32,000 bases of DNA from Buchnera aphidicola (Chaitoregma tattakana). GTDB taxonomy: Bacteria; Pseudomonadota; Gammaproteobacteria; Enterobacterales; Enterobacteriaceae. The position numbers and the translations under genes were made by a program. Where the stretch lies: contig NZ_CP134991.1 of assembly GCF_039370165.1 (NCBI RefSeq), positions 1-32,000 of the forward strand, written 5' to 3'. Shown here one piece after another: positions 1 to 14,738 of this stretch (position 1 is its first letter; the number at the start of each line of letters is the position of its first letter). The notes beneath the pieces are model-generated. The model was not told the origin of the DNA. It ran no database searches and saw only the letters and a program-made list of their open reading frames with translations.

Positions 1-1878
1 ATGAAAAATTTTATTAATTTTGATGTCATAATAGTAGGAGGTGGTCATGCAGGTTCAGAAGCTGCTATGGTTTCTTCTAGAAAAAATAAAAAAACTTTAT
101 TACTAACTCAAAATATTAACACAATAGGAGAATTATCTTGTAATCCTTCTATAGGAGGGATTGGAAAAAGCCATTTAGTAAAAGAAATAGATGCATTGGG
201 AGGTATTATGGCTAGAGCAGCAGACAGGTCATGTATTCAATTTAGATATCTAAATACTAATAAAGGTTTTGCTGTTAGATCTACTAGAATGCAAGTAGAT
301 AGAAATTTTTATAAAAAGAGTATTTATTATTTTTTATCTAGTGAAAAAAACTTATCTATAATCGAGTGTGAAGTAGAGGATTTAATATTAGAAAATAACC
401 AAGTTATAGGAGTATGCACTAATTTATCAAGAAATTTTTATTCTAAATCTGTCGTTTTAACAACAGGTACTTTTCTAAATGGAAAAATGTATTTAGGGAA
501 AAAGAGGTTTTCTGGAGGGAGAATAAATGATTTTTCTTCTAAAAAATTTTCTTCAAATTTAAAAAAGTTTCCTTTCAAATTTGGTAGGTTAAAAACGGGA
601 ACTCCTCCTAGAATTGATTCAAGGACTATAGACTTTAGTAAATTAGAATGTCAGAACAGTCATAAAATGCAATTTAGTTTTTCTTTTATTAAAGAGAAAT
701 ATAAAATATTACCTAAAATACCATGTTATATTACACACACTAATGAAAAAACTTTTGATATAATTAAAAAAAATATAAATAAGAGTCCTATGTATTCTGG
801 TATTATAAAAAGTATTGGTCCGAGATATTGTCCTTCGATTGAAGATAAAATTATTAGATTTCCAAATAGAAAAAGTCATCAGATATTTTTAGAGCCTGAA
901 GGAATAGATAATTTTTCTATTTATCCTAATGGGATTTCTACAAGTTTTTCAGAAGATATTCAATTAAAAATTTTAACTTCTATTGTAGGGTTAGAGAATG
1001 TTAAAGTTTTAAATTTTGGTTATGCTGTAGAATATGATTTTTTTGATCCCAGAGATTTAAAAAAGACATTAGAAAGTGTACATATAAATGGTTTATTTTT
1101 TGCTGGCCAGATAAATGGCACTACCGGATATGAGGAAGCCGCTTCTCAGGGTTTATTAGCTGGTTTGAATGCTGCTTTACATAGTTCTCAAGAATCTATG
1201 TGGTATCCAGAAAGGAGTTTTTCTTATTTAGGTGTCTTAGTAGATGATTTGTGCATTAAAGGAACTAAGGAGCCATATAGAATGTTTACTTCAAGATCTG
1301 AAAATCGTCTTTTTTTGAGAGAAGACAATGCTGATATTAGATTAACTGAAGTGGGCAAAAAATTAGGAATTGTAGATTCTGTAAGATGGAAAAGATATTG
1401 TATAAAGAAACGAAATATTGAAAAAGAAATAATAAATTTAAAAAAATATAAATTATTAGTAAACTCTTTAGATAACGTTATTCTAAGAAAAAAATTTGGT
1501 GTTGTTTTTAAAAAAAATACTTCTTGCTATAAAATTTTAAAAAGACCTAATTTTGATATTATGAATTTAAATTTTTTAAAAAATTTTCATTTTAAATCCG
1601 ATGATTTTGAAGCTATTAAACAAGTGGAAATAATTTCTAAGTATGAAGGATATATAAAGCGACAAAATGAAGATACTAAAAAGTTTATTTCTTATGAAAA
1701 TGTTGCACTTCCTATTAAATTTGATTATTCTAAAATAAAAAGTTTGTCTACAGAGGTTAAAAGCATTTTAAATAAATTTCAACCTAGTTCAATAGGGCAA
1801 GCATCTAGAATACAAGGTATTACTCCTGTAGCCATTTCTATTTTATTAATTAATATCAAAAAAAAGTTTATTAAATAA
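1..1878 (+). CDS. mnmG: tRNA uridine 5-carboxymethylaminomethyl modification enzyme MnmG (GidA)
   Basis: The 625-aa ORF has the N-terminal FAD motif [15 protein letters not shown] (E. coli GidA: DVIIIGGGHAGTEAA). Its length is close to the E. coli protein (about 629 aa). It sits upstream of the atp operon, as gidA does in enterobacteria. Confidence 0.96.
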   Translation: MKNFINFDVIIVGGGHAGSEAAMVSSRKNKKTLLLTQNINTIGELSCNPSIGGIGKSHLVKEIDALGGIMARAADRSCIQFRYLNTNKGFAVRSTRMQVDRNFYKKSIYYFLSSEKNLSIIECEVEDLILENNQVIGVCTNLSRNFYSKSVVLTTGTFLNGKMYLGKKRFSGGRINDFSSKKFSSNLKKFPFKFGRLKTGTPPRIDSRTIDFSKLECQNSHKMQFSFSFIKEKYKILPKIPCYITHTNEKTFDIIKKNINKSPMYSGIIKSIGPRYCPSIEDKIIRFPNRKSHQIFLEPEGIDNFSIYPNGISTSFSEDIQLKILTSIVGLENVKVLNFGYAVEYDFFDPRDLKKTLESVHINGLFFAGQINGTTGYEEAASQGLLAGLNAALHSSQESMWYPERSFSYLGVLVDDLCIKGTKEPYRMFTSRSENRLFLREDNADIRLTEVGKKLGIVDSVRWKRYCIKKRNIEKEIINLKKYKLLVNSLDNVILRKKFGVVFKKNTSCYKILKRPNFDIMNLNFLKNFHFKSDDFEAIKQVEIISKYEGYIKRQNEDTKKFISYENVALPIKFDYSKIKSLSTEVKSILNKFQPSSIGQASRIQGITPVAISILLINIKKKFIK

Positions 1879-1945
1879 TAATTTTTATGATAGATTTTAT
1901 AATATTTTAGTTTTATAAATATTAAAATTTTATACATAAATTTAA

Positions 1946-2806
<861 letters not shown>

Positions 2807-2851
2807 AATTGTTTTTAAATTAAAATTTGTTAAAAAAAAGAGAGGTAATAA

Positions 2852-3097
<246 letters not shown>

Positions 3098-3166
3098 AAT
3101 TATATTTTTTATGGTTATAAAAGTTTCAATTATTGTTTAGTATAAAAATTTCTATGGAAAAAATAA

Positions 3167-3637
3167 ATGAATATTAATGCAACTATTTTAGGGCAAACTA
3201 TATCTTTTTTTTTATTTGTTTTTTTTTGTGCAAGATATATCTGGCCTAATATAATTAATTCTATAATAAAAAGACAGAAAGAAATATCTTCATCTTTTGA
3301 GTTGGCTGAAAACAGAAAAATTAAGTGTATAAATATGGAGAATAAAGCAAAAAAATATATATCTTTAGCTAAATTAGAAGCTAAAAATATTATACATAGA
3401 GCAAAATCTGATAGAAACTTAATATTAGAAGCAGCTATTCTTAATGCAGAACAAAAAAGAAAAGTAATAATATCAGATGGAACTAAAAAGTTAAATTTAA
3501 AAAAAAATTTAATATTGCAAGATATTAACAAAGAGGTTACTAATTTGTCTATTTTAATCTCAAAAAAAATTTTAGAAAAGTATATTAAAAAAAAAGATAT
3601 AGACAAAATTTTTAATAAAATAAATTTTGATATTTAA
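3167..3637 (+). CDS. atpF: F0F1 ATP synthase subunit b
   Basis: The 156-aa ORF has the N-terminus MNINATILGQTISFFLFVFFC (E. coli [21 protein letters not shown]) followed by KRQKEI. Its operon position fits. Confidence 0.95.
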   Translation: MNINATILGQTISFFLFVFFCARYIWPNIINSIIKRQKEISSSFELAENRKIKCINMENKAKKYISLAKLEAKNIIHRAKSDRNLILEAAILNAEQKRKVIISDGTKKLNLKKNLILQDINKEVTNLSILISKKILEKYIKKKDIDKIFNKINFDI

Positions 3638-3664
3638 CTATATTGTATAGAGTACTGTAAATTT

Positions 3665-4201
3665 ATGATTAATAAAACTTTATCTAGACCGTATGCATTA
3701 GCAGCATTTAATTTTTCTAAGAAAAATTTTGTAACTTTTAAATGGTATAATATGCTGAGATTTACTAGTAAACTATCTGTAGATAGTAGAATTAAAAACA
3801 TTGTTAATTGTATTTTTGGTAGTAAATTTTCTTCAAATATTTTTATAAAAATATGTGCAAATAACATAGATTTAAATTTTTGTAATTTTATAAGGTTATT
3901 GTCTGAAGATAATAAATTGTTTTTATTGAAAGATATAAAATATATGTTTTATGAATATTGGAAGTCAGATAAAGATGTTGTTTCTGCTATAGTATATTCT
4001 TCAAAAATTTTGTCTATGAAATTTATGAAAAGTATACATAATTTTGTTAAAAACAATTTTTCTAAAAAGGTTTTTTTAAAGAATATACTTGATAAGTCTA
4101 TAATTTATGGATTTGTAATAAAAGTTAATGATTTTATATTTAATAACAGTTTTAATTCTGATTTGAAAAAAATAAAAAAATATATGTTAGATGTATTATA
4201 G
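3665..4201 (+). CDS. atpH: F0F1 ATP synthase subunit delta
   Basis: A 178-aa ORF (E. coli 177 aa) with the N-terminal ...[12 protein letters not shown] (E. coli ARPYAKAAFDFA). It lies between atpF and atpA. Confidence 0.9.
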   Translation: MINKTLSRPYALAAFNFSKKNFVTFKWYNMLRFTSKLSVDSRIKNIVNCIFGSKFSSNIFIKICANNIDLNFCNFIRLLSEDNKLFLLKDIKYMFYEYWKSDKDVVSAIVYSSKILSMKFMKSIHNFVKNNFSKKVFLKNILDKSIIYGFVIKVNDFIFNNSFNSDLKKIKKYMLDVL

Positions 4202-4214
4202 AGGTTTAATTAAG

Positions 4215-5756
4215 ATGTATTTAAATTCTAAAGCTATTAGTAGTATTATAGAAGAAAGAATTTCTAAATTTAAAATTTCTAATAAAAGTTATAGTGAAGG
4301 AACAATTATTTCTGTAATAGACGGAATTATTAGAGTTACTGGTTTGTATAATGCTATGATAGGAGAAATGTTGTTAGTAGATAATAGAAAATATGCTATT
4401 GCATTAAATTTGGAAAGAGACTGTATTAGTGCTATTGTATTAGGTTCATTTTTGAGTTTGTGTGAAGGCATGACGGTAAAATGTACTAGAAAAGTTTTAG
4501 AAGTTCCTGTAGGAAATGGATTGCTAGGAAGAGTATTAAATAGTTTAGGGGAGCCTATAGACGGAAAAGGAAAATTAGATTTCATAAAATGTTCTGCAGT
4601 AGAAGAAGATGCTCCAGATGTAATGTCTAGACAGACAGTAAATGAACCTATACATACAGGTTGTAAAGCTATAGATGCTATGATACCAATTGGTAAAGGT
4701 CAAAGAGAACTCATTATAGGAGATAGACAAACTGGAAAGACTACAATTGCTATAGATATAATAATTAATCAAAAAAAAGCTGGTGTAAAATGTATATATG
4801 TTTCAATTGGTCAAAAAATTTCTTCTGTATTAAATATAGTAAAGATTTTGGAAGAAAAAGATGTATTAGATAATACAATAATAGTAGTTGCTTCTTCTTC
4901 TGACCCGGCTTCTCTTCAATATTTATCGCCATATTCTAGTTGTACTATGGGCGAATTTTTTAGAGATAATGGAGAAGATGCCGTAATAATATATGATGAC
5001 TTAACTAAACATGCTATGGCGTATAGACAAATATCACTTTTATTGCGAAGACCTCCTGGTAGAGAAGCATTTCCTGGTGATATTTTTTATTTGCATTCTA
5101 GGCTTTTAGAAAGATCGTCTAGGGTTAACAGAGAATATATATTTAATAAAACTAAGGGGCTTATAAAAAATAAAACAGGATCTTTAACTGCTTTTCCTAT
5201 TGTAGAGACGCAAGAAGGAGATATATCTGCTTTTATACCTACGAATATAATTTCTATTACTGATGGACAAATTTTTTTAGAATCTGATTTATTTAACTCT
5301 GGTATTATACCAGCTATTAATCCAGGTATTTCTGTTTCTAGAGTTGGAGGATCTGCTCAGACAAATATAATAAAAAAATTTGCTTTAAAAATTCGAGCTT
5401 CTCTTGCTCAATATAGAGAATTGTCTTCTTTTTCTCAATTTTCTTCAGATTTAGACAATGTTACTAAAAACAATTTGTTATATGGTCAGAAGTTAACTGA
5501 ACTGTTTAAACAATCTAAAAATAGACCTATTAGCATTGCTGAGCAATCTTTGTTATTATTTATTGCAGAAAATGAATTTTTGAGAAAGGTTCCTGTAGAA
5601 AAGATTCATGTATATGAAAAGATGTTATTAACATATTTTAATAAAAATTTTTTTAGTTTAATAAAAGAAATTAATACATGTGGTTTATACAATAATGTTA
5701 TAGAAAAACAATTTTTTAAAATCGCAGAAAAGTTTAATTCGAAAATTTTTTTTTAA
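4215..5756 (+). CDS. atpA: F0F1 ATP synthase subunit alpha
   Basis: I chose the start at ATG 4215, giving [16 protein letters not shown] (E. coli MQLNSTEISELIKQRI) and 513 aa as in E. coli. A GAGG lies at 4201-4204. The Walker A motif GDRQTGKT is present. The track's start at 4191 adds 8 residues with no homologous counterpart. Confidence 0.96.
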   Translation: MYLNSKAISSIIEERISKFKISNKSYSEGTIISVIDGIIRVTGLYNAMIGEMLLVDNRKYAIALNLERDCISAIVLGSFLSLCEGMTVKCTRKVLEVPVGNGLLGRVLNSLGEPIDGKGKLDFIKCSAVEEDAPDVMSRQTVNEPIHTGCKAIDAMIPIGKGQRELIIGDRQTGKTTIAIDIIINQKKAGVKCIYVSIGQKISSVLNIVKILEEKDVLDNTIIVVASSSDPASLQYLSPYSSCTMGEFFRDNGEDAVIIYDDLTKHAMAYRQISLLLRRPPGREAFPGDIFYLHSRLLERSSRVNREYIFNKTKGLIKNKTGSLTAFPIVETQEGDISAFIPTNIISITDGQIFLESDLFNSGIIPAINPGISVSRVGGSAQTNIIKKFALKIRASLAQYRELSSFSQFSSDLDNVTKNNLLYGQKLTELFKQSKNRPISIAEQSLLLFIAENEFLRKVPVEKIHVYEKMLLTYFNKNFFSLIKEINTCGLYNNVIEKQFFKIAEKFNSKIFF

Positions 5757-5776
5757 TATTGCCAGGGAAAATTGTT

Positions 5777-8090
<2,314 letters not shown>

Positions 8091-8119
8091 TTTCAGAAAG
8101 TTATATATAAGGAATTTAT

Positions 8120-8401
8120 ATGAGTTTTTTTTTAGAAGCAGTTAGTAAAAAAAAACATATGTTTTCTGGAAATGTTATTAAAATTTACATTGAAGGTGTA
8201 GAAGGACAACTATGCATATATTCTAATCACATGCCATTATTTACTTGTATAAAACCTGGATTATTATATATATTAGATAATAAAAATAAAGAACATTCTT
8301 TTTATGTTTCTCACGGCATCTTAGAAATTCAACCAAGTTATGTAATAGTATTATCTGATACAATAACATCATATTTAAATCTTGATAAAAAATTTGTTTG
8401 A
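8120..8401 (+). CDS. atpC: F0F1 ATP synthase subunit epsilon, N-terminal beta-sandwich domain only (C-terminally truncated, 93 aa)
   Basis: HMFSGNVIKIYIEGVEGQLCIYSNHMPLFTCIKPG...HGILEIQPSYVIVLSDT aligns with E. coli epsilon residues about 1-90 ([35 protein letters not shown]...GGILEVQPGNVTVLADT). The ORF ends at TGA 8399-8401, whereas E. coli epsilon is 139 aa. Confidence 0.9.
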   Translation: MSFFLEAVSKKKHMFSGNVIKIYIEGVEGQLCIYSNHMPLFTCIKPGLLYILDNKNKEHSFYVSHGILEIQPSYVIVLSDTITSYLNLDKKFV

Positions 8402-8536
8402 ATTGATAAAAAATAGTTAGAAAGAATTATAAATTCTAATATCATATATAAAAATAAAAAAATGTTTAAATATTTTTTATGAAGAGATTGTGAAACTGAA
8501 AGTTGTAAAAAGTGAACAAAAAAAATTAAATTATAA
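8402..8536 (+). pseudogene. Decayed remnant of the atpC C-terminal (two-helix) domain
   Basis: Continuing the atpC frame past TGA 8399 gives IDKK*LERIINSNIIYKNKKMFKYFL*RDCETESCKK*TKKIKL*. That is 44 more codons with three further in-frame stops (TAG 8414, TGA 8480, TGA 8513), ending at TAA 8534-8536. The total comes to about 138 codons, the full length of epsilon. The tail TKKIKL* resembles the E. coli tail LTKKAM*. Confidence 0.55.
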
Positions 8537-8553
8537 TTTTTTTGTTATATTTA

Positions 8554-8581
8554 GCGGCGGGATTATTCGTTTTCCTGCCGC
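8554..8581. terminator. GC-rich hairpin terminator between convergent atpC and gyrB
   Basis: GCGGCGGG-attattcgtttt-CCTGCCGC forms an 8-bp stem (7 G:C/C:G pairs plus one G:U). On the + strand it is followed by AAAGTTTTTAGATTTTT. It is the only G+C-rich patch in an otherwise almost pure A/T spacer. The U-tract geometry is better for the atp transcript than for gyrB. Confidence 0.6.
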
Positions 8582-8615
8582 AAAGTTTTTAGATTTTTAT
8601 TATGTTAATTTTTTT

Positions 8616-11039
<2,424 letters not shown>

Positions 11040-11108
11040 TTAAATTTAAAATAGTGTTATAAAATTTGTTTTTTATTATTTTTTTAATTAATTTATATTT
11101 TCAATGTT

Positions 11109-12215
11109 TTAAAAAATCAATGGCATGATCATGTAAATGTTTTTAGAATTTGGTTTTTTTTGTATTTGTATTATTGACGCGTTTTTTTTTAATGATAAAA
11201 ATATAGTTTTATTTTCAATGTTTTGTAATATGTTAAGAAAATATTTTATATTTAAATTAAATTCAATCGCATCACTGTAATTATTTACAATTGATATTTT
11301 TTCTTTAGCTGATTCATATTCTTCGTTTTCAGAAGTTATTTTCATAATATTATTTTTTATGTAAAATTTAGCACCATAAAAAGATGAATCCGATAGAATA
11401 GAAATTCTATTAAGAGTTTTTTTTAGTTTTTCTAATTTAATTATGATAGTTATATCTGGTTTTTTTATTACTAAATTTTTGTAGTTTGGAAAGTCTCCAT
11501 CTATAAGTTTAGTAGTAATCATAATTTTTTTTGTAAGTATTCTTAAATTACAGTTGTTAGTTAATATGCTAATATTTTCATCGTCATATTTTAAAAGCTT
11601 TAATATTTCTAGTACTCCTGTTTTTGTTATAATTATTGAATTTTTTATATATTTTTTGTTTTTTATAAAAATAGTAGATATTGCCATTTTATATCCATCT
11701 GTTGATACCATTTGGATTGAATTTTCTTTTAATATAACAAATAAACCATTTAAATAATATCTAGCATCATTTTTAGCCATACAAAAATATGAATTTTTTA
11801 TTATTTTTTTAAATTTTTTTTGAGCGATAATAAACTTACTATATTTTGTAAATGAATCAAATTTTGGATAGTCTGATGCTGGTAAAGTAGATAGTTTAAA
11901 TACAATTTTTTTTATGTTTATAATCATAAAATTGTTTTTTATTGAAATTAATATATTAGTATTTTGTGAAAAACTTTTACATATATTTAATAATTTTTTC
12001 CCAGCAACTGTGATGTTACCTTTTGAAAATTCATGATCTACATATGTTGCTGTTACTAGTTCTGTTTCTGAATTGCTTGATGTCAGTGTTAACCTTTTTT
12101 TATCAAGAACCATTAAAACATTTTCTAAAATTGGATTAATAGTATTTTTAAATATTATTAAAGTTGTTTTTTTTAATATTTTTAATAGTTTTTTTTGTTT
12201 GATTATAAATTTCAT
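11109..12215 (-). CDS. dnaN: DNA polymerase III beta sliding clamp
   Basis: A 368-aa ORF (E. coli 366 aa) lying upstream of gyrB on the same strand, as in the dnaA-dnaN-(recF)-gyrB cluster. The C-terminus ...IYMIMPLIF resembles the E. coli ...AYVVMPMRL. The sequence is diverged, so the call rests on length, position and scattered motifs. Confidence 0.88.
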   Translation of the reverse strand: MKFIIKQKKLLKILKKTTLIIFKNTINPILENVLMVLDKKRLTLTSSNSETELVTATYVDHEFSKGNITVAGKKLLNICKSFSQNTNILISIKNNFMIINIKKIVFKLSTLPASDYPKFDSFTKYSKFIIAQKKFKKIIKNSYFCMAKNDARYYLNGLFVILKENSIQMVSTDGYKMAISTIFIKNKKYIKNSIIITKTGVLEILKLLKYDDENISILTNNCNLRILTKKIMITTKLIDGDFPNYKNLVIKKPDITIIIKLEKLKKTLNRISILSDSSFYGAKFYIKNNIMKITSENEEYESAKEKISIVNNYSDAIEFNLNIKYFLNILQNIENKTIFLSLKKNASIIQIQKKPNSKNIYMIMPLIF

Positions 12216-12463
12216 AATAATTTTTATAGAGGTAAATTTAAAAATAGTTTAAATATAGTATTTAATTTATACGTTTTTTCAGTATATTATTATATTTATT
12301 TTGTATTAAAATTATTTTTTTATTTAAATTGTATAAAAGTATTAAATTTCGTTTTGATTAATTATGAATATTTTTAATTATATTTTTTTAATGAATTTTT
12401 TTTATATATAAAAATTAGGTTATAATATATTAAAAAATTTTAATTTATGGGTAATTTTATTTT

Positions 12464-12604
12464 ATGAAAAGAACGTATCAACCTTCAATTTTAAAAAGAA
12501 ACAGATCACATGGGTTTAGATGTAGAATGTCTACAAAAAATGGAAGACATGTTTTACGTAGAAGAAGATTTAAACATAGGTCTAGACTTACAGTATCTTC
12601 ATAA
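12464..12604 (+). CDS. rpmH: 50S ribosomal protein L34
   Basis: This gene is not in the ORF track because it is under 60 aa. My manual translation is [46 protein letters not shown] (46 aa), close to E. coli L34 ([46 protein letters not shown]). The TAA stop overlaps the rnpA ATG (TAATG). Confidence 0.95.
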   Translation: MKRTYQPSILKRNRSHGFRCRMSTKNGRHVLRRRRFKHRSRLTVSS

Positions 12605-12969
12605 TGAATTTTATAATAATGTATAACAAATTTTTTTTTAAAAAAAAACATAGATTGTTTGAAGATAATCAATTTAGATTTGTTTTTAAAAAATCATATA
12701 AAGTTTTTAATAAACAATTTTTGATATTAAGCAGAGAAAATAATGTTACATATCCTAGACTAGGTATAAGAATATCTTCTAAGTTTATAAAACTATCTTA
12801 TAAAAGAAATGTTATAAAAAGGTTAATAAGAGAAAGTTTCAGAATAAATATTAAAAAATTTTTTTGTATGGATTTTATAGTAATAGTTAAAAATAATATT
12901 TCTGAATTTAAAAATGTATTTTTACTAGAATCTTTAAAAAGTTTGTGGATTAGATACTTTTCAAATTGA
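12604..12969 (+). CDS. rnpA: RNase P protein component
   Basis: A 121-aa ORF (E. coli 119 aa) immediately downstream of and coupled to rpmH. It carries the motifs PRLGIRISSK and RNVIKRLIRESFR (E. coli PRIGLTVAKK and RNRIKRLTRESFR). It ends with TGA. An internal ATG at 12619 is an alternative start. Confidence 0.9.
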   Translation: MNFIIMYNKFFFKKKHRLFEDNQFRFVFKKSYKVFNKQFLILSRENNVTYPRLGIRISSKFIKLSYKRNVIKRLIRESFRINIKKFFCMDFIVIVKNNISEFKNVFLLESLKSLWIRYFSN

Positions 12970-13113
12970 TGTTTTATTTTTGTCTATTGTAGACAGTGTA
13001 TTATAAATTTATGTAATAAATATATTAAACTAATAAATATAAACTAAATATTTTATTTTATTAAAAAGATAATTTATATGTATATAAAAAAAAATTAAAA
13101 AAGAGAGAGAAAA

Positions 13114-14697
13114 ATGTATTGGATCAAAAATACGTTTATATTAATTCTTTTATTCATTTTAGCATTTTTTGTCTATAAATTTAATAATAAAAATTTTTTT
13201 CATAGTTCTGTACATAGAAATCAAGTACATAATACAGTATATAAATATGAAAATGATATTGTACATACAAAAAATTTTATTTTTGTAAAAACTGATAATT
13301 TTAAAATTTTAATAGATAAATTAAATGGAAACATAATTTCTACACATTTATTAAAATATAAAGAAACTATAGGATCAAGTAATACATTACATTTATTAAA
13401 ATCTAAAAAAGATTTTATATATGTAGCTAATAGTGGATTATTGGGGTTGGAAAAAAACAAATTTTATTATGATAATGAGTACAATAAAAAAAATTTTTTT
13501 AAATTACTTGATAATGAAGATAAATTATGTGTACCCATGAAATGGACTTCTAAAAATGGATTATCATATATAAAGACTTTTATTTTCCAAAGAGGAAAAT
13601 ATTTTTTTAAAGTTAAATACGATATATTTAATAATACTGGAAAAAAGATTAATGTTTCTATGTTTGGTAATTTAAAACAAAGCATCAAGAAAGAGAAAGA
13701 TGTTAATTACAGTAATTTGGGAATGAGAACTTTTAGAGGTGTTGCGTATTCTAATGCTGAACATAAATATAAAAAAGTTAACTTTGATTCTATAGATCAA
13801 AAAAGATATATTTCTAATTTATCTGATAACAAATGGATTGCAATGGTTCAACCATATTTTGTTTCAGCCTGGATTCCAGATAGATCTATAAAAAGTAAAC
13901 TTTTTTCGGATAAAGTCAGTTCTAGAGATATTTCTGTTGGATATGTTACTGAAAATTTGTCAATTAACAAAAATGAAAATAAAACTTTATGTTCAACATT
14001 ATGGATAGGACCAAAAATAAAAAAGAAGATGTTAGAAATTTCAGACAGTTTATATTTTACAATAGATTATGGTTTTTTATGGTTTCTTTCTCAGCCACTG
14101 TTTGAGTTATTGAATTATTTAAACAAATTTTTTCAAAATTGGGGTATATCTATAATAGCTATAACTTGTATAATAAAATTAATAATGTATCCTATTTCTA
14201 AAATTCAATATGTTCAAATGGCTAAAGTTAAGAGTATTCAAAAAGAAATTAGTTTAATAAAAAGACAGTATAAAGATAATAAAAGCATGTTAAGTAATAA
14301 AATTGTAGACTTATATAAAAAAAATAATATTAATCCAATAGGAAGTTTTTTACCTATAATAGTACAAATGCCTATGTTTTTATCTTTATACTACGTAATT
14401 ATAGAATCCGTTGAACTAAGGCATGCTCCGTTTATTTTATGGATACAGGATTTATCTGATAAAGACCCCTTTTTTATATTGCCAATATTGATGGGAATAA
14501 CTACATTTTTATTACAAAATGATTCAGAAGATGATTATAACTTAGATAAAATACATAAAATAGTCATTCAAACTATGCCTGTTTTTTTTACTATATTTTT
14601 TTTATGGTTTCCATCTGGTTTAGTTTTATACTATATAATAAGTAATATATTAACGATAATACAACAAAAAATTATTTTTAATAAGTTTAATGTATAA
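13114..14697 (+). CDS. yidC: Membrane protein insertase YidC
   Basis: A 527-aa ORF with an N-terminal transmembrane segment, a large periplasmic-type domain and a C-terminal 5-TM core. The core includes WGISIIAITCIIKLIMYP (E. coli WGFSIIIITFIVRGIMYP) and NPIGSFLPIIVQMPMF. The rnpA-yidC-mnmE order is conserved. Confidence 0.94.
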   Translation: MYWIKNTFILILLFILAFFVYKFNNKNFFHSSVHRNQVHNTVYKYENDIVHTKNFIFVKTDNFKILIDKLNGNIISTHLLKYKETIGSSNTLHLLKSKKDFIYVANSGLLGLEKNKFYYDNEYNKKNFFKLLDNEDKLCVPMKWTSKNGLSYIKTFIFQRGKYFFKVKYDIFNNTGKKINVSMFGNLKQSIKKEKDVNYSNLGMRTFRGVAYSNAEHKYKKVNFDSIDQKRYISNLSDNKWIAMVQPYFVSAWIPDRSIKSKLFSDKVSSRDISVGYVTENLSINKNENKTLCSTLWIGPKIKKKMLEISDSLYFTIDYGFLWFLSQPLFELLNYLNKFFQNWGISIIAITCIIKLIMYPISKIQYVQMAKVKSIQKEISLIKRQYKDNKSMLSNKIVDLYKKNNINPIGSFLPIIVQMPMFLSLYYVIIESVELRHAPFILWIQDLSDKDPFFILPILMGITTFLLQNDSEDDYNLDKIHKIVIQTMPVFFTIFFLWFPSGLVLYYIISNILTIIQQKIIFNKFNV

Positions 14698-14738
14698 AAT
14701 TTTTTTTAATTACATTATTTTGGAAAATTTTAAATTAT

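Noticed and set aside
3130-3606. A 158-aa minus-strand ORF opposite atpF. Similar antisense ORFs lie at 3634-3867, 4289-4585, 4575-4772, 5974-6171 and 7763-7951 within the atp operon.
   Set aside because: Each lies wholly antisense to a well-conserved ATP synthase gene. They are low-complexity (F/I/L/K/S-rich) with no recognisable motif. They are artefacts of codon bias that leaves the opposite strand stop-poor.
8399-8401. The possibility that TGA is read as Trp (as in some tiny symbiont genomes), which would extend atpC.
   Set aside because: The extended frame also contains a TAG four codons later. rnpA terminates at a TGA (12967-12969) at exactly the expected protein length. The other genes in the window end at TAA at the lengths expected under the standard code.
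12195-12377. A 60-aa plus-strand ORF in the dnaN-rpmH spacer, considered as a possible dnaA remnant or novel small gene.
   Set aside because: dnaA would be on the minus strand. This ORF begins inside the dnaN 5' end at a non-ATG start and has no DnaA-like motif. In a spacer this A/T-rich such an ORF is expected by chance.
12478-12672. A 64-aa minus-strand ORF overlapping rpmH and the rnpA start.
   Set aside because: It is antisense to the unmistakable L34 coding sequence.
12944-12952. A DnaA-box-like 9-mer, TGTGGATTA (consensus TGTGGATAA), noticed while looking for an origin near the missing dnaA.
   Set aside because: It is a single copy with one mismatch, lies inside the rnpA coding sequence (encoding LWI), and has no cluster of boxes or adjacent AT-rich 13-mers distinguishable from background.
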